DNA from: Macrostomum hystrix
Lineage: Eukaryota > Animalia > Platyhelminthes
Length of the DNA: 64,000 nucleotides
Reading direction: 5' to 3'
NCBI GenBank assembly: GCA_950097015.1
Contig: CATNEN010000033.1
Span: 3,844,001-3,908,000, forward strand
The position numbers and the translations under genes were made by a program. How positions within the stretch are numbered: position 1 is the stretch's first letter; the number at the start of each line of letters is the position of its first letter. Of this stretch, positions 1 to 13,645 are shown piece by piece. The notes below the pieces were generated by a model that saw only the letters and a list, made by a program, of their open reading frames with translations, was not told the origin of the DNA and did no database searches.

Positions 1-54
1 GGTTAGAGACACAACTGTCACTCTGACAGAAAAGGAACAGATGGTTAAGATGAG

Positions 55-293
55 CACAGGCTGTGAGATGAGCGCAGGCTGTGAGATGGGAGCAGGCTGT
101 GAGATGGGAGCAGGCTGTGAGATGGGAGCAGGCTGTGAGATGGGAGCAGGCTGTGAGATGGGAGCAGGCTGTGAGATGGGAGCAGGCTGTGAGATGGGAA
201 CAGGCTGTGAGATGGGAACAGGCTGTGAGATGGGAAGAGGCTGTGAGATGGGAGCAGGCTGTGAGATGGGAACAGGCTGTGAGATGGGAACCT
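55..293. repeat. 18-bp minisatellite (GCAGGCTGTGAGATGGGA)n, about 13 copies
   Basis: Direct tandem repeat; explains the MGAGCE/AVRWEQ ORFs. Confidence 0.95.
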
Positions 294-809
294 GCAGCGA
301 CTGAGCAGTGTGAATAAGGAGGAGAGACAGATGGCGAGTACATCTAAAGTGAGTTGCCTTGAGAACTTAGGATTCAATCTGGCGAAGCCGATTGAAATTC
401 AATCCACTTATTTCTAAAGATCCCATGGGAGATATGGTCGAGGGCCAAATTTTAGGGTGCCTCGGGAGAAATCGGGCTGTGCAAGTTGGGAAAAAATCCC
501 AAGCAGCCTACAAAGCAATAATGCATGCAGAAACTCATTACTGTCAAGCAATTTCTTCCCAGGACTTGGAAAACGAACTTGGCAGCCCACGACTGCCACC
601 TGTCACGTCAGAAACAATATTTTCAGGCAAGCTCAGCAGTCGCAGTTTGTATTGAAATCCATTCTGAAAGTCGGCACCTCCTCTTCAAATCCCTTGGCTA
701 CGTGGGCTCCTGCCCACAGAAATTTATACAGCATCTATTTGATAGCTGTGGCTGACTTCTAAGAAAACAACAATTATCAAATTAACTGGTTTTCAGCTTC
801 TAGCATTCA

Positions 810-2268
810 GAGATTGGGGTTAGGGGAGAGATTGGGGTAGGGGGGAGAAATTAGGGTAGGGAGAGAGATAAGGGTAGGGAGAGAGATTGGGGTAGGGAGA
901 GAGATCGGGGGTAGGGGGAGAAATTGAGGTAGGGAGAGAGATCGGGGGTAGGGGGAGAGATTGGGGGTAGGGAGAGATATTGGGGTAGGAAGAGAGATCG
1001 GGGGTAGGGGGAGAGATTGGGGGTAGGGGGAGAGATTGGGGTAGGGAGAGAGATCGGGGTAGGGAGAGAGATCGGGGTAAGGAGAGAGACTGAGGTAAGG
1101 AGAGAGATTGGGGTAGGGAGAGAGATTGGGGTAGGGGGAGAGATTGGGGGTAGGGAGAGAGATTGGGGTAGGGAGAGAGATTAGGGTAGGGAGAGATATT
1201 GGGGTAGGGAGAGAGATCGGGGGTAGGGGGAGAAATTGGGGTAGGGAGAGAGATCGGGGTAGGGAGAGAGATCGGGGTAGGGAGAGAGATTGGGGTAGGG
1301 GGAGAGATTGGGGGTAGGGAGAGAGATTGGGGTAGGGAGAGAGATTAGGGTAGGGAGAGAGATTGGGGTAGGGAGAGAGATTGGGGTAGGGAGAGAGATT
1401 GGGGTAGGGAGAGAGATTGGGGTAGGGAGAGAGATCGGGGTAGGGAGAGAGATCGGGGGTAGGGGGAGAGACTGAGGTAGGGAGAGAGATCGGGGGTAGG
1501 GGGAGAGATTGGGGGTAGGGAGAGATATTGGGGTAGGGAGAGAGATCGGGGGTAGGGGGAGAGATTGGGGGTCGGGAGAGAGATTGGGGTAGGGAGAGAG
1601 ATTAGGGTAGGGAGAGATATTGGGGTAAGGAGAGAGATCGGGGGTAGGGGGAGAAATTGGGGTAGGGAGAGAGATCGGGGTAGGGAGAGAGATCGGGGGT
1701 AGGGGAAGAGATTGGGGGTAGGGGGAGAGATTGGGGTAGGGAGAGAGATCGGGGTAGGGAGAGAGATCGGGGTAGGGAGAGAGATCGGGGGTAGGGGGAG
1801 AGACTGAGGTAGGGAGAGAGATCGGGGTAGGGAGAGAGACTAAGGTAAGGAGAGAGATTGGGGTAGGGAGAGAGACTGAGGTAAGGAGAGAGATTGGGGT
1901 AGGGAGAGAGACTGAGGTAAGGAGAGAGACTGGGGTAGGGAGAGAGATTGGGGTAGGGAGAGAGATTGGGGTAGGGAGAGAGACTGAGGTAAGGAGAGAG
2001 ATTGGGGTAGGGAGAGAGACTGACGTAAGGAGAGAGATTGGGGTAGGGAGAGAGACTGAGGTAAGGAGAGAGATTGGGGTAGGGAGAGAGACTGAGGTAA
2101 GGAGAGAGATTGGGGTAGGGAGAGAGACTGAGGTAGGGAGAGAGATCGGGGTAGGGAGAGAGACTGAGGTAAGGAGAGAGATTGGGGTAGGGAGAGAGAT
2201 TGGGGTAGGGAGAGAGAATGGGGTAGGGAGAGAGATTGGGGTAGGGAGAGAGATTGGGGTAGGGGGAG
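810..2268. repeat. G-rich ~18-bp minisatellite (GGGGTAGGGAGAGAGATT)n with variants
   Basis: About 1.45 kb tandem array visible in the sequence; minus-strand PTPISL ORFs are repeat translations. Confidence 0.95.
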
Positions 2269-2924
2269 AGCTGAAGGGCAGAGACACGAAGGCCTCAGTG
2301 AGCTGCATAGGCCAGCTGTCACCAATGCGCTTTGAGCAGACAATGGGCCAACTAAAATGGCCATTCCCCATCCCGCTACCCGCTGGGTTGCGTCACAAGC
2401 GGAGCCGCCATGGGGCAGATTGAGTAGGGAACAAAGACTGGGCCTCAATTGCGGCATTGCGTAGTGATGGGGTGACTCGGCGAGAGAGCGGGATGAGAAT
2501 GAGGTGGGAGCGATAAAAAGGCATTTAAAAGCATCCGTAATCCCTGGGAATATCCGGGAGGGAAGTCGCGACTGCTGAGTGTAAAATGGGATAGACAGAT
2601 TATTCGCTTCGCTAAAATCCCCTTTCTCACTTAGCCCCATTTACACCTCACTTCGTGCGCTGAGTGCAACTGCGCGAGTTGTTGCATCATAGCCCAGCCG
2701 ACCCCCTAATCCCACCCAAGGGAATTCCGCATTTTTTCGCCTGTCGCAGCCAGCATTAAAAAACACTGAAATTAAAGTGGGATGAAATTTTGTGGGAAAC
2801 TGCGGAAGCTGCTTGAGACTGCACACTCTGTGTGGAGTCAGGAAGCCATCTCTAATCTCATCTGACCTCACAAGCTCTTCCAGAAGCTCAGTGAGCAGTC
2901 TGGGAGCTCAGTGAGAACTCAGGA

Positions 2925-3578
2925 AGCTCATACTCTGGAACCTCTGTGAGCACTCTGGAACCTCAGTAGGCACTCTGGAACCTCTGTAAGCACTCTGGAA
3001 CCTCAGTAAGCACTCTGGAACCTCAGTAAGCACTCTGGAACCTCAGTGAGCACTCTGGAACCTCAGTAAGCACTCTGGAACCTCAGTAAGCACTCTGGAA
3101 CCTCTGTGAGCACTCTGGAACCTCTGTGAGCACTCTGGAACCTCTGTGAGCACTCTGGAACCTCAGGGAAGCTCAGTGAGGTCTCTGGAAGCTCAGTGAG
3201 GTCTCTGGAAGCTCAGTGAGGTCTCTGGAAGCTCAGTGAGGTCTCTGGAAGCTCAGTGAGGTCTCTGGAAGCTCAGTGAGGTCTCTGGAAGCTCAGTGAG
3301 GTCTCTGGAAGCTCAGTGAGGTCTCTGGAAGCTCAGTGAGGTCTCTGGAAGCTCAGTGAGGTCTCTGGAAGCTCAGTGAGGTCTCTGGAAGCTCAGTGAG
3401 GTCTCTGGAAGCTCAGTGAGGTCTCTGGAAGCTCAGTGAGGTCTCTGGAAGCTCAGTGAGGTCTCTGGAAGCTCAGTGAGGTCTCTGGAAGCTCAGTGAG
3501 GTCTCTGGAAGCTCAGTGAGGTCTCTGGAAGCTCAGTGAGGTCTCTGGAAGCTCAGTGAGGTCTCTGGAAGCTCAGTG
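2925..3578. repeat. 20-bp minisatellite (CTCTGGAACCTCAGTGAGCA grading into GTCTCTGGAAGCTCAGTGAG)
   Basis: Two related unit variants in consecutive blocks; the right block is perfectly homogeneous. Confidence 0.95.
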
Positions 3579-4677
3579 CGTTCCATCCAATGATGGGATG
3601 AAGGGATTTTCTGGGCAAGACTCGAATATCCCCATACTATGCTGTCTTCTCACTCCACCTTATCTCCCGCTCAACTCATTCTCACTCTCCCCATTTCAAT
3701 TCTGGCAGATCTAATCGCTGGGAGTTTTGCTTTTTTCCCCCTCGGGGTGAGGGTTTGGCGGCTTCCGAAGGAAAAGAGCAGTGCGATGGGGTCGGGAGAA
3801 ACTAAAAACTCACCGCTTCAGCAGCCCATGGGAGCAAAACTCGATATAGCCCTGTCCTGAGCAGCAGCAGCAGCAGCAGCATGCAATTCTTTGGAGCATT
3901 CGACCACTATCTCTCCTCTGTCAGTACAGCTGTGTCATCCGCGCCTTAATTCAGCATCCTTCAGTTACTGATAAGACATTCTCACTCGTTCCCTCCTATC
4001 ACTACTCTGAATTCTTCACTCCCAAGTGTGCTCAAAGAGTGCTCACGCAATCAGCTTTCATTGGTGCAAGGAAAATAAGAAATCAAGGAGACTCAGGACT
4101 GGCAAGTGTCAGTTTTTTTATTCCGGAGCACCCTGTTTATGTTTTCATAAATAGGTGGATTACGTCATTCTGGCCAAATGCCCAGCAATTTACTGAGCGG
4201 CAATGAATTTTCGCAGAGAATCCTGAGCCAAGCAATTAGGGCCAAGGACCTTTGGGGATCAACATTTCGGAGAGAAAAAAACTGAAATTTCCATAACACA
4301 ATGCTCTCCGCTCGACCAGCGTGCACAATTGGCCAAGACTCCCACCCCAGTGACTCGTGCGCGACCATAAACATTAATGGTTTGGGCCAGAGTCTAATAA
4401 AATCCAGCCGGCGTGCTGGTCTGCCAGTCATTATAAAATATTGCTCAGCCAAGACTTGCGTGCGAGAAAGCAAAACTGATGGCCAGTTCATGAGAGCCAG
4501 TCTCATATTTTAGCCTAATCGGTGCTGTTATGGAATTCGGAGTTGCCATGGTGTCTGGTTGGCGGGCACCAAAAGGTGACAGGAATGTCTGGATATTTTG
4601 CTTGTGGAATAATTGTTTTGCTTGGAAGTTAGAGAAAAAAATTGGTGAGCTAGAAGGGTGTCGAGAGAAGTACGTGG

Positions 4678-6062
4678 AGGGACAAGGGAAGGAGAGAAGG
4701 GAAGGAGAGAAGGGAAGGAGAGAAGGCAGGAGCGAAGGGAGGGAGAGAAGGGAAGGAGAGAATGGAAGGAGAGAAGGGAAGGAGAGAAGGAAGGAGAGTA
4801 GGGAAGGAGAGAAGGAAAGGAGAGAAGGGAGGAGAGACAAGTGAGGAGAGAAGGGATGGTGAGAAGGGAGGAGAGAAGGGAAGGAGAGAAGGCAGGAGCG
4901 AAGGGAGGGAGAGAAGGGAAGGAGAGAATGGATGGAGAGAAGGGAAGGAGAGAAGGAAGGAGAGTAGGGAAGGAGAAAAGGAAAGGAGAGAAGGGAGGAG
5001 AGACAAGTGAGGAGAGAAGGGAAGGTGAGAAGGGAGGAGAGTAGGGAAGGAGAAAAGGAAAGGAGAGAAGGGAGGAGAGACAAGTGAGGAGAGAAGGGAA
5101 GGTGAGAAGGGAGGAGAGAAGGGAAGGAGAGAAGGGAAGGAGAGAAGGGAAGGAGAAGGGAAGGAGAGAAGGGAAGGAGAGAAGGGAGGAGAGAAGGGAA
5201 GGAGAAAAGGAAAGAAGAGAAGGGAAGGAGAGAGGGGAAGGAGAGAAGGTTAGGAGAGAAGGGAGGAAGGAGAGAAGGGAAGGAGAGAAGGGAAGGAGAG
5301 AAGGGAAGGAGAGAAGGGAAGGAGAGAAGGGAAGGAGAGAAGGGAAGGAGAGAAGGGAAGGAGAGAAGGAAAGGAGAGAAGGGAGGAGAGACAAGTGAGG
5401 AGAGAAGGGAAGGTGAGAAGGGAGGAGAGAAGGGAAGGAGAGAAGGGAAGGAGAGAAGGGAAGGAGAGAAGGGAAGGAGAAGGGAAGGAGAGAAGGGAAG
5501 GAGAGAAGGGAGGAGAGAAGGGAAGGAGAAAAGGAAAGAAGAGAAGGGAAGGAGAGAAGGGAAGGAGAGAAGGAAAGGAGAGAAGGGAAGGAGAGAATGA
5601 AGGAGAGAAGGGAAGGAGAAAAGGAAAGGAGAGAAGGGAGGAGTGAAGGAAAGGAGAGAAGGGAGGAGTGAAGGAAAGGAGAGAAGGGAGGAGTGAAGGA
5701 AAGGAGAGAAGGGAGGAGTGAAGGAAAGGAGAGAAGGGGAGGAGAGAAGGTTAGGAGAGAAGGGAGGAAGGAGAGAAGGGAAGGAGAGAAGGGAAGGAGA
5801 GAAGGGAAGGAGAGAAGGGAAGGAGAAGGGAAGGAGAGAAGGGAAGGAGAGAAGGGAGGAGAGAAGGGAAGGAGAAAAGGAAAGAAGAGAAGGGAAGGAG
5901 AGAAGGGAAGAAGAGAAGGAAAGGAGAGAAGGGAAGGAGAGAATGAAGGAGAGAAGGGAAGGAGAAAAGGAAAGGAGAGAAGGGAGGAGTGAAGGAAAGG
6001 AGAGAAGGGAGGAGTGAAGGAAAGGAGAGAAGGGAAGGAGAGAAGGGAGGAGAGAAGGGAAG
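4678..6062. repeat. Polypurine ~13-bp minisatellite (GGAGAGAAGGGAA)n
   Basis: About 1.4 kb almost pure G/A tract on the + strand. Confidence 0.95.
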
Positions 6063-6992
6063 GCAGAAAATACCCAATATACAATTTTACAAACTCATAT
6101 TTACACTTCATAAATTAGTAGTTTGAGTAGTGATGGGGTCAGGGAACATTCAATTGACTGAAGCTCGTGCTCGCAGTGCCGCAGAGCCGCTAGCACTGAA
6201 TAAATTAAATTCGACTGTGCGCATTTCAATCCTTTGAATGTAGCAGCATTCGTCATCTTTAGGATGAGGATCAATATCCCCAAGGATGCGGTGATCCATT
6301 GAATTTATTATCTGTTGCCAAGCGCTCTCAGCCCCCTGTCACTCTTGTTGCTGGGGCTGGTCAGTGACTTTTGCGTTTTTGAATTAGAGGCTGTGCAATG
6401 GGATGATCGAGCCTGCTGATTTAGTTCCCACACAAGCCTCCCCGCTGCTGTGGGAAGGTAAACAAGGGTAGAGCTGGCATATTTATGAATTTATGCAGCT
6501 TTCCTTCGCACCTCTCAGGGTCCGACTATTGCGTCACACTGGAGGGCTAACCCAATCCCCTTGCGCGCACCTTCAGCCCTTTAATCTCCGACACCTCACC
6601 TCATTACAGCCTGTACTAGCCTCTCCACCCACCCTTGGCCTCTCATTGCTTTTTGTTCACTTTTTCCTGGGATTCAAGAGTTTTCATGTGCCCACAAAAA
6701 ATAATGGCATGTGAGAGAGGCTAGAAGGCGTGAGAGACAGAATGGGATTTAGGATCACACCTGGCCTACAACTAAATCCCGACTAAATAACTCGCGGCCA
6801 GGAGGTCGCATTGTTAAATCGCAAATTGCTTTCCTTAAGAGAGCGGGAGAGAAATAGAGGCTCCAGAGGGATATTTTAGAGAAATCCCAAACTTGCTAGC
6901 TCTCGCAGTGAGACATTAAGGAGCATCGCTTCGCTGTGAGTCAGCTCAGCAGCTTGAGTCAACTGCTGACCATCTACTGACTGCTGGCTGCA

Positions 6993-7295
<303 letters not shown>

Positions 7296-7744
7296 GATAC
7301 GGCTCGTAGATAGACAACTTCCCCTTATATATGGATACGCTCGAAGATAGTGGCAAGGAGCAGTGGGGAGCAAATCCCTTCTCAAACAGTCTCATCCCAC
7401 AGAATCCGATCCTCACAACTCGGTAACCAAGCGGAACGGATCTTCTAATCCTCGGAATCCCTCGCACTGTGCATTTCGCAACGGCCTCTTATTATCGCCT
7501 CCTTGCCAGCCCTCCCCACTGGGGGTGTTGCAACACATTTTGAGCAGCCCAGCACCCCCAAGCTCATCACTACCCGAGGCGGCGAAAGGGGATAAGGAGT
7601 GAGTCAGCCAGGCTTCAGTGTCATCTCATCATTAGCTGACTAAAACTGGCCCTCTAAAACTAGAAGAGACTTTTCAAAAGTGCATCAAGTGCATTCTCAC
7701 TAACTATGAACAGCAGGGAGGGTAGAATCTTGACCTCCGTTAGA

Positions 7745-8225
7745 AAGGGAGAGAGAAGGGAGGAGAGAGAAGGGAGGAGAGAGAAGGGAGGGGAGAGAAG
7801 GGGAGAGAGGGAGAGAGAGAAGAGAGAGAAGGGAGGAGAAAGAAGGGGGGAGAGAGAAGGGATAAGAGAGAAGGGGGAGAGAGAAGGGAGGAGAGAGAAG
7901 GGAGAGAGAGAAGAGGAGAGAGAAGGGAGGAGAGAGAATGAGGAGGAGAGAGAAAAGAAGAGAGAGAATGAGGAGGAGAGAGAAGGGAAGAGAGAGAAGG
8001 GAGGAGAGAGAAGGGAGGAGAGAGAAGGGATAAGAGAGAAGGGGGAGAGAGAAGGGAGGAGAGAGAAGGGAGGAGAGAGAAGGGAGGAGAGAGAAGGGAG
8101 GAGAGAGAAGGGAGGAGAGAGAAGGGGGAGAGAGAAGGGAGGAGAGAGAAGGGAGGAGAGAGAAGGGAGGAGAGAGAAGGGAGGACAGTGAATGAGGAGG
8201 AGAGATAGAAAGGGGGAGAGAGAGA
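7745..8225. repeat. Polypurine minisatellite (GGAGAGAGAAGGGA)n
   Basis: Direct observation; related to the 4.7-6.1 kb array. Confidence 0.93.
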
Positions 8226-8984
8226 ATAGATACGTCTTCCGTCTTCCGGTCGAGCAGGTTGCAAGATTTTCAGGCAGCTCAAAGCCTGCTCCATATATAC
8301 TCAGCGCAATATTCCAAGAAACACTGAACCACATGAGGCACATGTAGCGTGCAGCTCGGTTATCAAGTGGCAAGGAGGTCAGAGTTTTATGAGGATTTTA
8401 ATCCCAACAAAGCCACTCCAAATCTTGGGAGAACAGTTTTCAAGATCCCAATGACCCCAAAGCAAGGACAGTCGTAACTGAAAGCAGAAATTCTAACCGA
8501 CCGCCAGGCGTTTCTCGGTGCAAAAACAACTTCTGTTTCTTTCGGCAACTCAGCTTGGCTTCGAAAGCAGGGAAGCAGAGAAGGGAAGGAGACAAGCTTT
8601 CTTGTCTGCTTTCTCTGTTTTCGCCTCTGTCAAAACCGAGGTAAGATCTTTCGACCAAAGTCCCTCGCCGTGCACGAAGAGTTTGTTTATCTCCTAATCG
8701 CCTCGGGTCCATCCCTAGCGACTTTGTCGAAGAATTGGCTGTTTACACAGTTTACAAAACCTTTCTTCCCCTTAGCGTCCCGCCACCGCACTTTTTCTTA
8801 CATGCCGAGAAAACATAGATTTAGGGGCCGTTTTTTATCATTTTCGAATTAGCATCCGAGTGGATGCGATTGTACTTGGGCATCGAAGCTTATTTCATTG
8901 TGGGTTGTTTCAGAGAAGAGATGTGGGAGGAGAAAGAACATGGGAGAGCGTGTAGACGATGGGAAGAGAGTGAGAGAATTAGGG

Positions 8985-9310
8985 GAGAGGAGAGAAAGAG
9001 GATAGAGAGGGGAAGAAAGAGGATAGAGAGGGGAAGAAAGAGGATAGAGAGGGGAAGAAAGTGGATAGAGAGGGGAAGAAAGAGGATAGAGAGGGGAAGA
9101 AAGAGGATAGAGAGGGGGAGAAAGAGGATAGAGAGGGGAAGTAAGTGGATAGAGTGGGGAAGAAAGAGGATAGAGAGGGGAAGAAAGAGGATAGAGAGGG
9201 GAAGAAAGTGGATCGAGAGGGGAAGAAAGAGGATAGAGAGGGGAAGAAAGAGGATAGAGAGGGGAAGAAAGAGGATAGAGAGGGGAAGAAAGAGAATAGA
9301 GAGGGGAAGA
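8985..9310. repeat. 21-bp minisatellite (GAGGGGAAGAAAGAGGATAGA)n
   Basis: About 15 tandem units. Confidence 0.94.
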
Positions 9311-10600
9311 AGACAGGGAGAGATGGAAAGGAGAAGACACCCAAGGATAAGCAGGGTGAGACAAACATAAGAGAAAGTGAGAGTAAAGCTGAATGGAGAG
9401 GGAGGTGGCTAATGGTGAGAATCGTGTCGAGAGATCCCGCATGCCTTGCAGCAGATTTTTGCGGCTCAAGCCAGATGAAAAGGACCAAAGCAAAGAAGGG
9501 AAATCCATAGAAATCCTTGCGAAGCCAGGAAAGGATTTCATTCAGTCAGCTGATTGAAAAATAAGCCAACAGGCGAATCGACAGACAAAAAGCGATAAGC
9601 TTTTCTTCTTCAAAGAGAATGTCAGATGACGCATTCGATCACCAGCGGGTGAGCTGATGGGCGGCCTCACGCAGTCTCTCCCCACAGGGAACTCATCTGT
9701 CACGACAAGAAGGCAGACAACAGGCAAAAAAGACAACTGATTGGAAATTGGCCCGCCCCACACTTTCTCCTCCACCCGCCAAGGACCCGGTGGACCCGAA
9801 TTCTCGGAGGTCTTATCTGCGGCGGAATGGCCGGCAAAACCTCATTAACACAGCGGGATGTCCGGCCCATCTATCCATCTAACTGTCCCCTCAGTTGCCA
9901 GCTGCACAGCCGGCGGTCCCGCGGACATTGTCTGTTGTGCCTAAACGCAAGCTTCTAACGCTTTAGCCTGGAGGGGAAATGGGACATTGCGCAACAGCAT
10001 CTGGGCTAGCCAACTGGCAGCTGACACCCGTGCAGTCCCACTTTTGGGAGATTTTTGGGAGATTTTCCCTGCTCCACCCCTACACGGATACTGATCAGAA
10101 CTGTTGGCACCTTCTAGAAGATGTTTCAAATTCTGAATTCACGCTAAGCTGATGGAGAACTATGGCCATGACTAACAGATAGGGCGGACCGCCTTTGATG
10201 AGACACATCTGGCCCTTCTATGCCAGTGGCTGAGGCTGAGAAGGCAGATGGGAGTCGAGCGAGGGGATAGGGGGCTAGGCAAACTTTCTCCATCCCAACC
10301 CGGGAGGAGCTCAGCTATGGGATTAGGGCTTTGCCAAGGATAAACAAGACTTAGCTCCGGGAGCAGAGTTTTAGGGAGCGGATAGGATTAGTTTGAGAGC
10401 CACAAAATCTCCCTAAAAAGCGGCTATAGCCTACGCAATTCATTGATGTGGCTCCAAACGCGGGAACGGAGCTTTAAGGAGGGTGTTTGTCCGGATCAAA
10501 CTGTTTCGTGGAAAGAGAGATGCCTAAAATATACGAATATTTACAGCGATTCCGACTTTACTCACTTAGCTTGAGTGAGTGAGAAGTTCCTCTAACCCTC

Positions 10601-10748
10601 AGTGAGAGGGTGAGAGGAAGAGAGAGGGAGTGAGATTAAGAGAGAGGGAGTGAGAGGAAGAGAGAGGGAGTGAGAGGAAGAGAGAGGGAGTGAGAGGAAG
10701 AGAGAGGGAGTGAGAGGAAGAGAGAGGGAGTGAGAGGAAGAGAGGGGA
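10601..10748. repeat. 20-bp minisatellite (GTGAGAGGAAGAGAGAGGGA)n
   Basis: About 7 tandem units. Confidence 0.92.
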
Positions 10749-11798
10749 GATGAGGGCAGCGAGTGGGAGGAGGGGAGAGCAAGAGAAGGGCATCAGACGA
10801 AAAATGGTGAGAAAACGAATCTGTGGACCCGGGAGTTTCAAGACTGGGAGCAAGATGGCGTTAGATTCGTAAAGAGCTGGGAGCATTGTAGAGACGGTTC
10901 GCGAAAAGGCAGCTTTTGGCCAGTTGAAAGCTTTCGAACAGGAGGGGAAAGCCAGGGCGATGACTCGTCCTGGCACAGTCTGGCGGGGACCAGCGCGCCG
11001 TGGCACTGGACAATTCGGAGACCATTCGCAAAAATGGCAGGTCGAAGTGGCCCCCAGAAGAAGCAGAAGCGGGCGACCGATGGGAGGAGCCAAGCAAGGC
11101 AAGGAGAAATGGGGGAGGGAAGGAAAGCCGGCTGGTGTGAGGCCAGCTGGGCGCGGGCCAGCCAATGAGGACAGGCGGGCTATCCTTGGCCGCGCGCAGT
11201 ACAGCGCCTCGGGGAATCCCAAAGCAGTGATGGAGGATGGGGTGGGTGGTCGGCAAGGCCTGGGAGGGGGTGGGCAGTCAGCGCGAAGGCCAGAAAAAGG
11301 AATGGAGGGCGAGTCACCGAGGGCAGACTCACAGGCCGCGACACACGCATGCAAACTTCACGCTGCAGTTTTGTACCTGAACTCGCGAACTAAACAGCAG
11401 CAATTGCCAAAGTGATTAATTGCTCCACCTGACAGTCGGGTGACCTCGAGCTGAATTTCATCTGCCCCGATTACGTCACCGTCTCGTCGAGCGGCAATTA
11501 AAAAAGTTTTTAAGAGCAGCGCTAAAAGGAAATTGGCATCGAGCTCACAAGCCGACTGTTTTGAGAACAAATAAACAGACGACATAAGACTTGCCCGACT
11601 TCCCAGTCTCCGAGGCACAATGTGAGGTCCACCCGCTGCAAGCCAAATAGGATCCACGCTTCGTTGAGTCTATCTGCTCAAGAGAAGAAGTATTGAAGCC
11701 AGACAGAGACCAGCTCAGAGCAGAGACAGCGAGCTCCGAATGCGACACTGCGGAGTGAGGGACCAGCTCCCAGCCCTCCAAACTCGGCCAGCCACCTG

Positions 11799-12211
11799 AT
11801 GGGCGCCCACCTGTCCTGCCTGCACAAGCGGAGGACGGCAGCCGCCCGACTGGCTAAAAAGAACGGTCGAAATGGACGCGGTGTTGTTGGTTGTCATAGC
11901 AACCGACGTCACAGCGGATGCGACCAGCAGGAGGCCACGCCAAGCTTTGTGCTCGCTGAGTACCTGGTAGATTTCGGCGACTGCAAGATGCACCCGAACT
12001 GCTGCCTGCTGACCACTGCGGGACCGGCTGCACAGTCTGGCAAGCCTCAGCAGCGCAACCATAGCAACGGCAACGCTGTTCCGTTTAAACGGCGTCCCGA
12101 GCCGTCGCAGCAGCCGCAGAGTAAAACGACTCCAAGCAAGTGCGGCAACGGGGGCATCAGTAAGACACGGCCCAGCAGCAGCTGCTGCCCAGTTCACGGC
12201 TACAGACAAAT

Positions 12212-12286
<75 letters not shown>

Positions 12287-13490
12287 CTTGAACTTAAACG
12301 GCACAAAGCATGGAACCGGGCGCCCGCGCCTGGTATGCATCCCGGCTCCGACGTCGGCCACCCCGACGAAAGCCTTCGCCACCGTTGCCAACAGACTGTC
12401 GCTCAGCTTCGACGAGAAGCGCCTCCCGAAATTTGTGACGTCATCTCCGGCGGCGGCGGGCGCACCAGCTGTCCCCCAGCTGCGAAGGGAAAGCTCGAGA
12501 TACGACGCTGCTCCTCTGGAGTCGCCTCTGCCAACCCCGCCGCCGTCTCCTCCACCTGCCCCGTTGCGGGCTGCGTCGCGGGCAACCGCAGTAGCCACAG
12601 CAGCCGCCACCGGGCAGCGGGCAGCGGGCAGTCAGGCGTCTCTGGTGAACTTCCTGAAGCGGACGAACAGCACAGAGTCGCAGTTCAAGGTGACTGTCCG
12701 GCGCGGTCGCAGCAGTCGGGCAGGTCGCCAGCCGGTGGGCCCGCGCGTCAGTTTCAAGCCGGCCATCACTCGCGCCGCCGCCAAGACCATCGAGGTGATC
12801 GACACAAGGCCGACTGTAGAATATCGGCCGCGCTACGATAGCTTGCGCAAGTCGCTGGTTGAAGGCCTGGAACGGATGCACCTGCTGCTGCCGCGGGCGG
12901 AGCTTGCCCAGGACGAAGTTGAAGACGTTGACTGCGGCAGGCGGAGTCGGCAAGATTCGATTCGCGGCTCGGGCGTCGAGTCGGAACCGCGGGCGCACAG
13001 TGAACCGGGCGCGAGGGCAGCAGCAGCTGGAGCCGGTGGCGGAACTCCGTCGCGAAGGCGCTGCCAGACCGTGTCACGTGACCCACCGAGAAGCCCCTCA
13101 GCTGCCACCCTGGCTGCCGCAAGGAAGGACCCCAACCAGAGGACCTACTATTTGTTTCACATCCGGGCGGACTCGCTTGAGCAGAGCGAGGCCTTCCTGT
13201 TCGACAGTCTGGTGGTCTGCCTGGCCCGCAGGTACGGCTGCTGGCTGCGGCTTGTGCCGCTAGCGGAGTCGCTGGACCTGCCGGCCGGGCTGCGCCGGGT
13301 GGAGGTGGCTGGACCGGGCTTCAGGGAGATTCGGCGATTCCTGCACCAGCTGACGGCCAGCCCGGAGACGCGGGAGCTGCATCAGCGGGTTCAGGAGAGC
13401 TTCCAGCTGCCTGAGGAGCGGTGCAGCGGCTACCTACGCTCCTACTACCTGGCCACCTCCAATGCGGAGCTGCGGGCGAGTTTGGTCTGA
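11799..13490 (+). CDS. Intronless 563-aa hypothetical protein: MG...C N-terminus, ~24-residue polyQ, Pro/Ser-rich linker, compact C-terminal domain
   Basis: Long non-repetitive ATG-to-TGA ORF with GC-rich codon style like the hsp70 and paracaspase exons; no family recognised. Confidence 0.7.
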
Positions 13491-13645
13491 CTGAACTGGG
13501 AGAGCTGACCCCACTGTGGCCTGTGATCCCATCCAACTGCTCATTGGGTGCCAGTGAAGACGACTCACGAGATCAGGCGAGCCAAGCTAACTCATTTTTG
13601 GTGCACTTGTTATGATTAGATTGGTTGGGTCAGTCCAAAGCCAGA

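Noticed and set aside
810-2268. Telomeric repeat
   Set aside because: Only occasional TTAGGG within an 18-bp unit; no (TTAGGG)n run.
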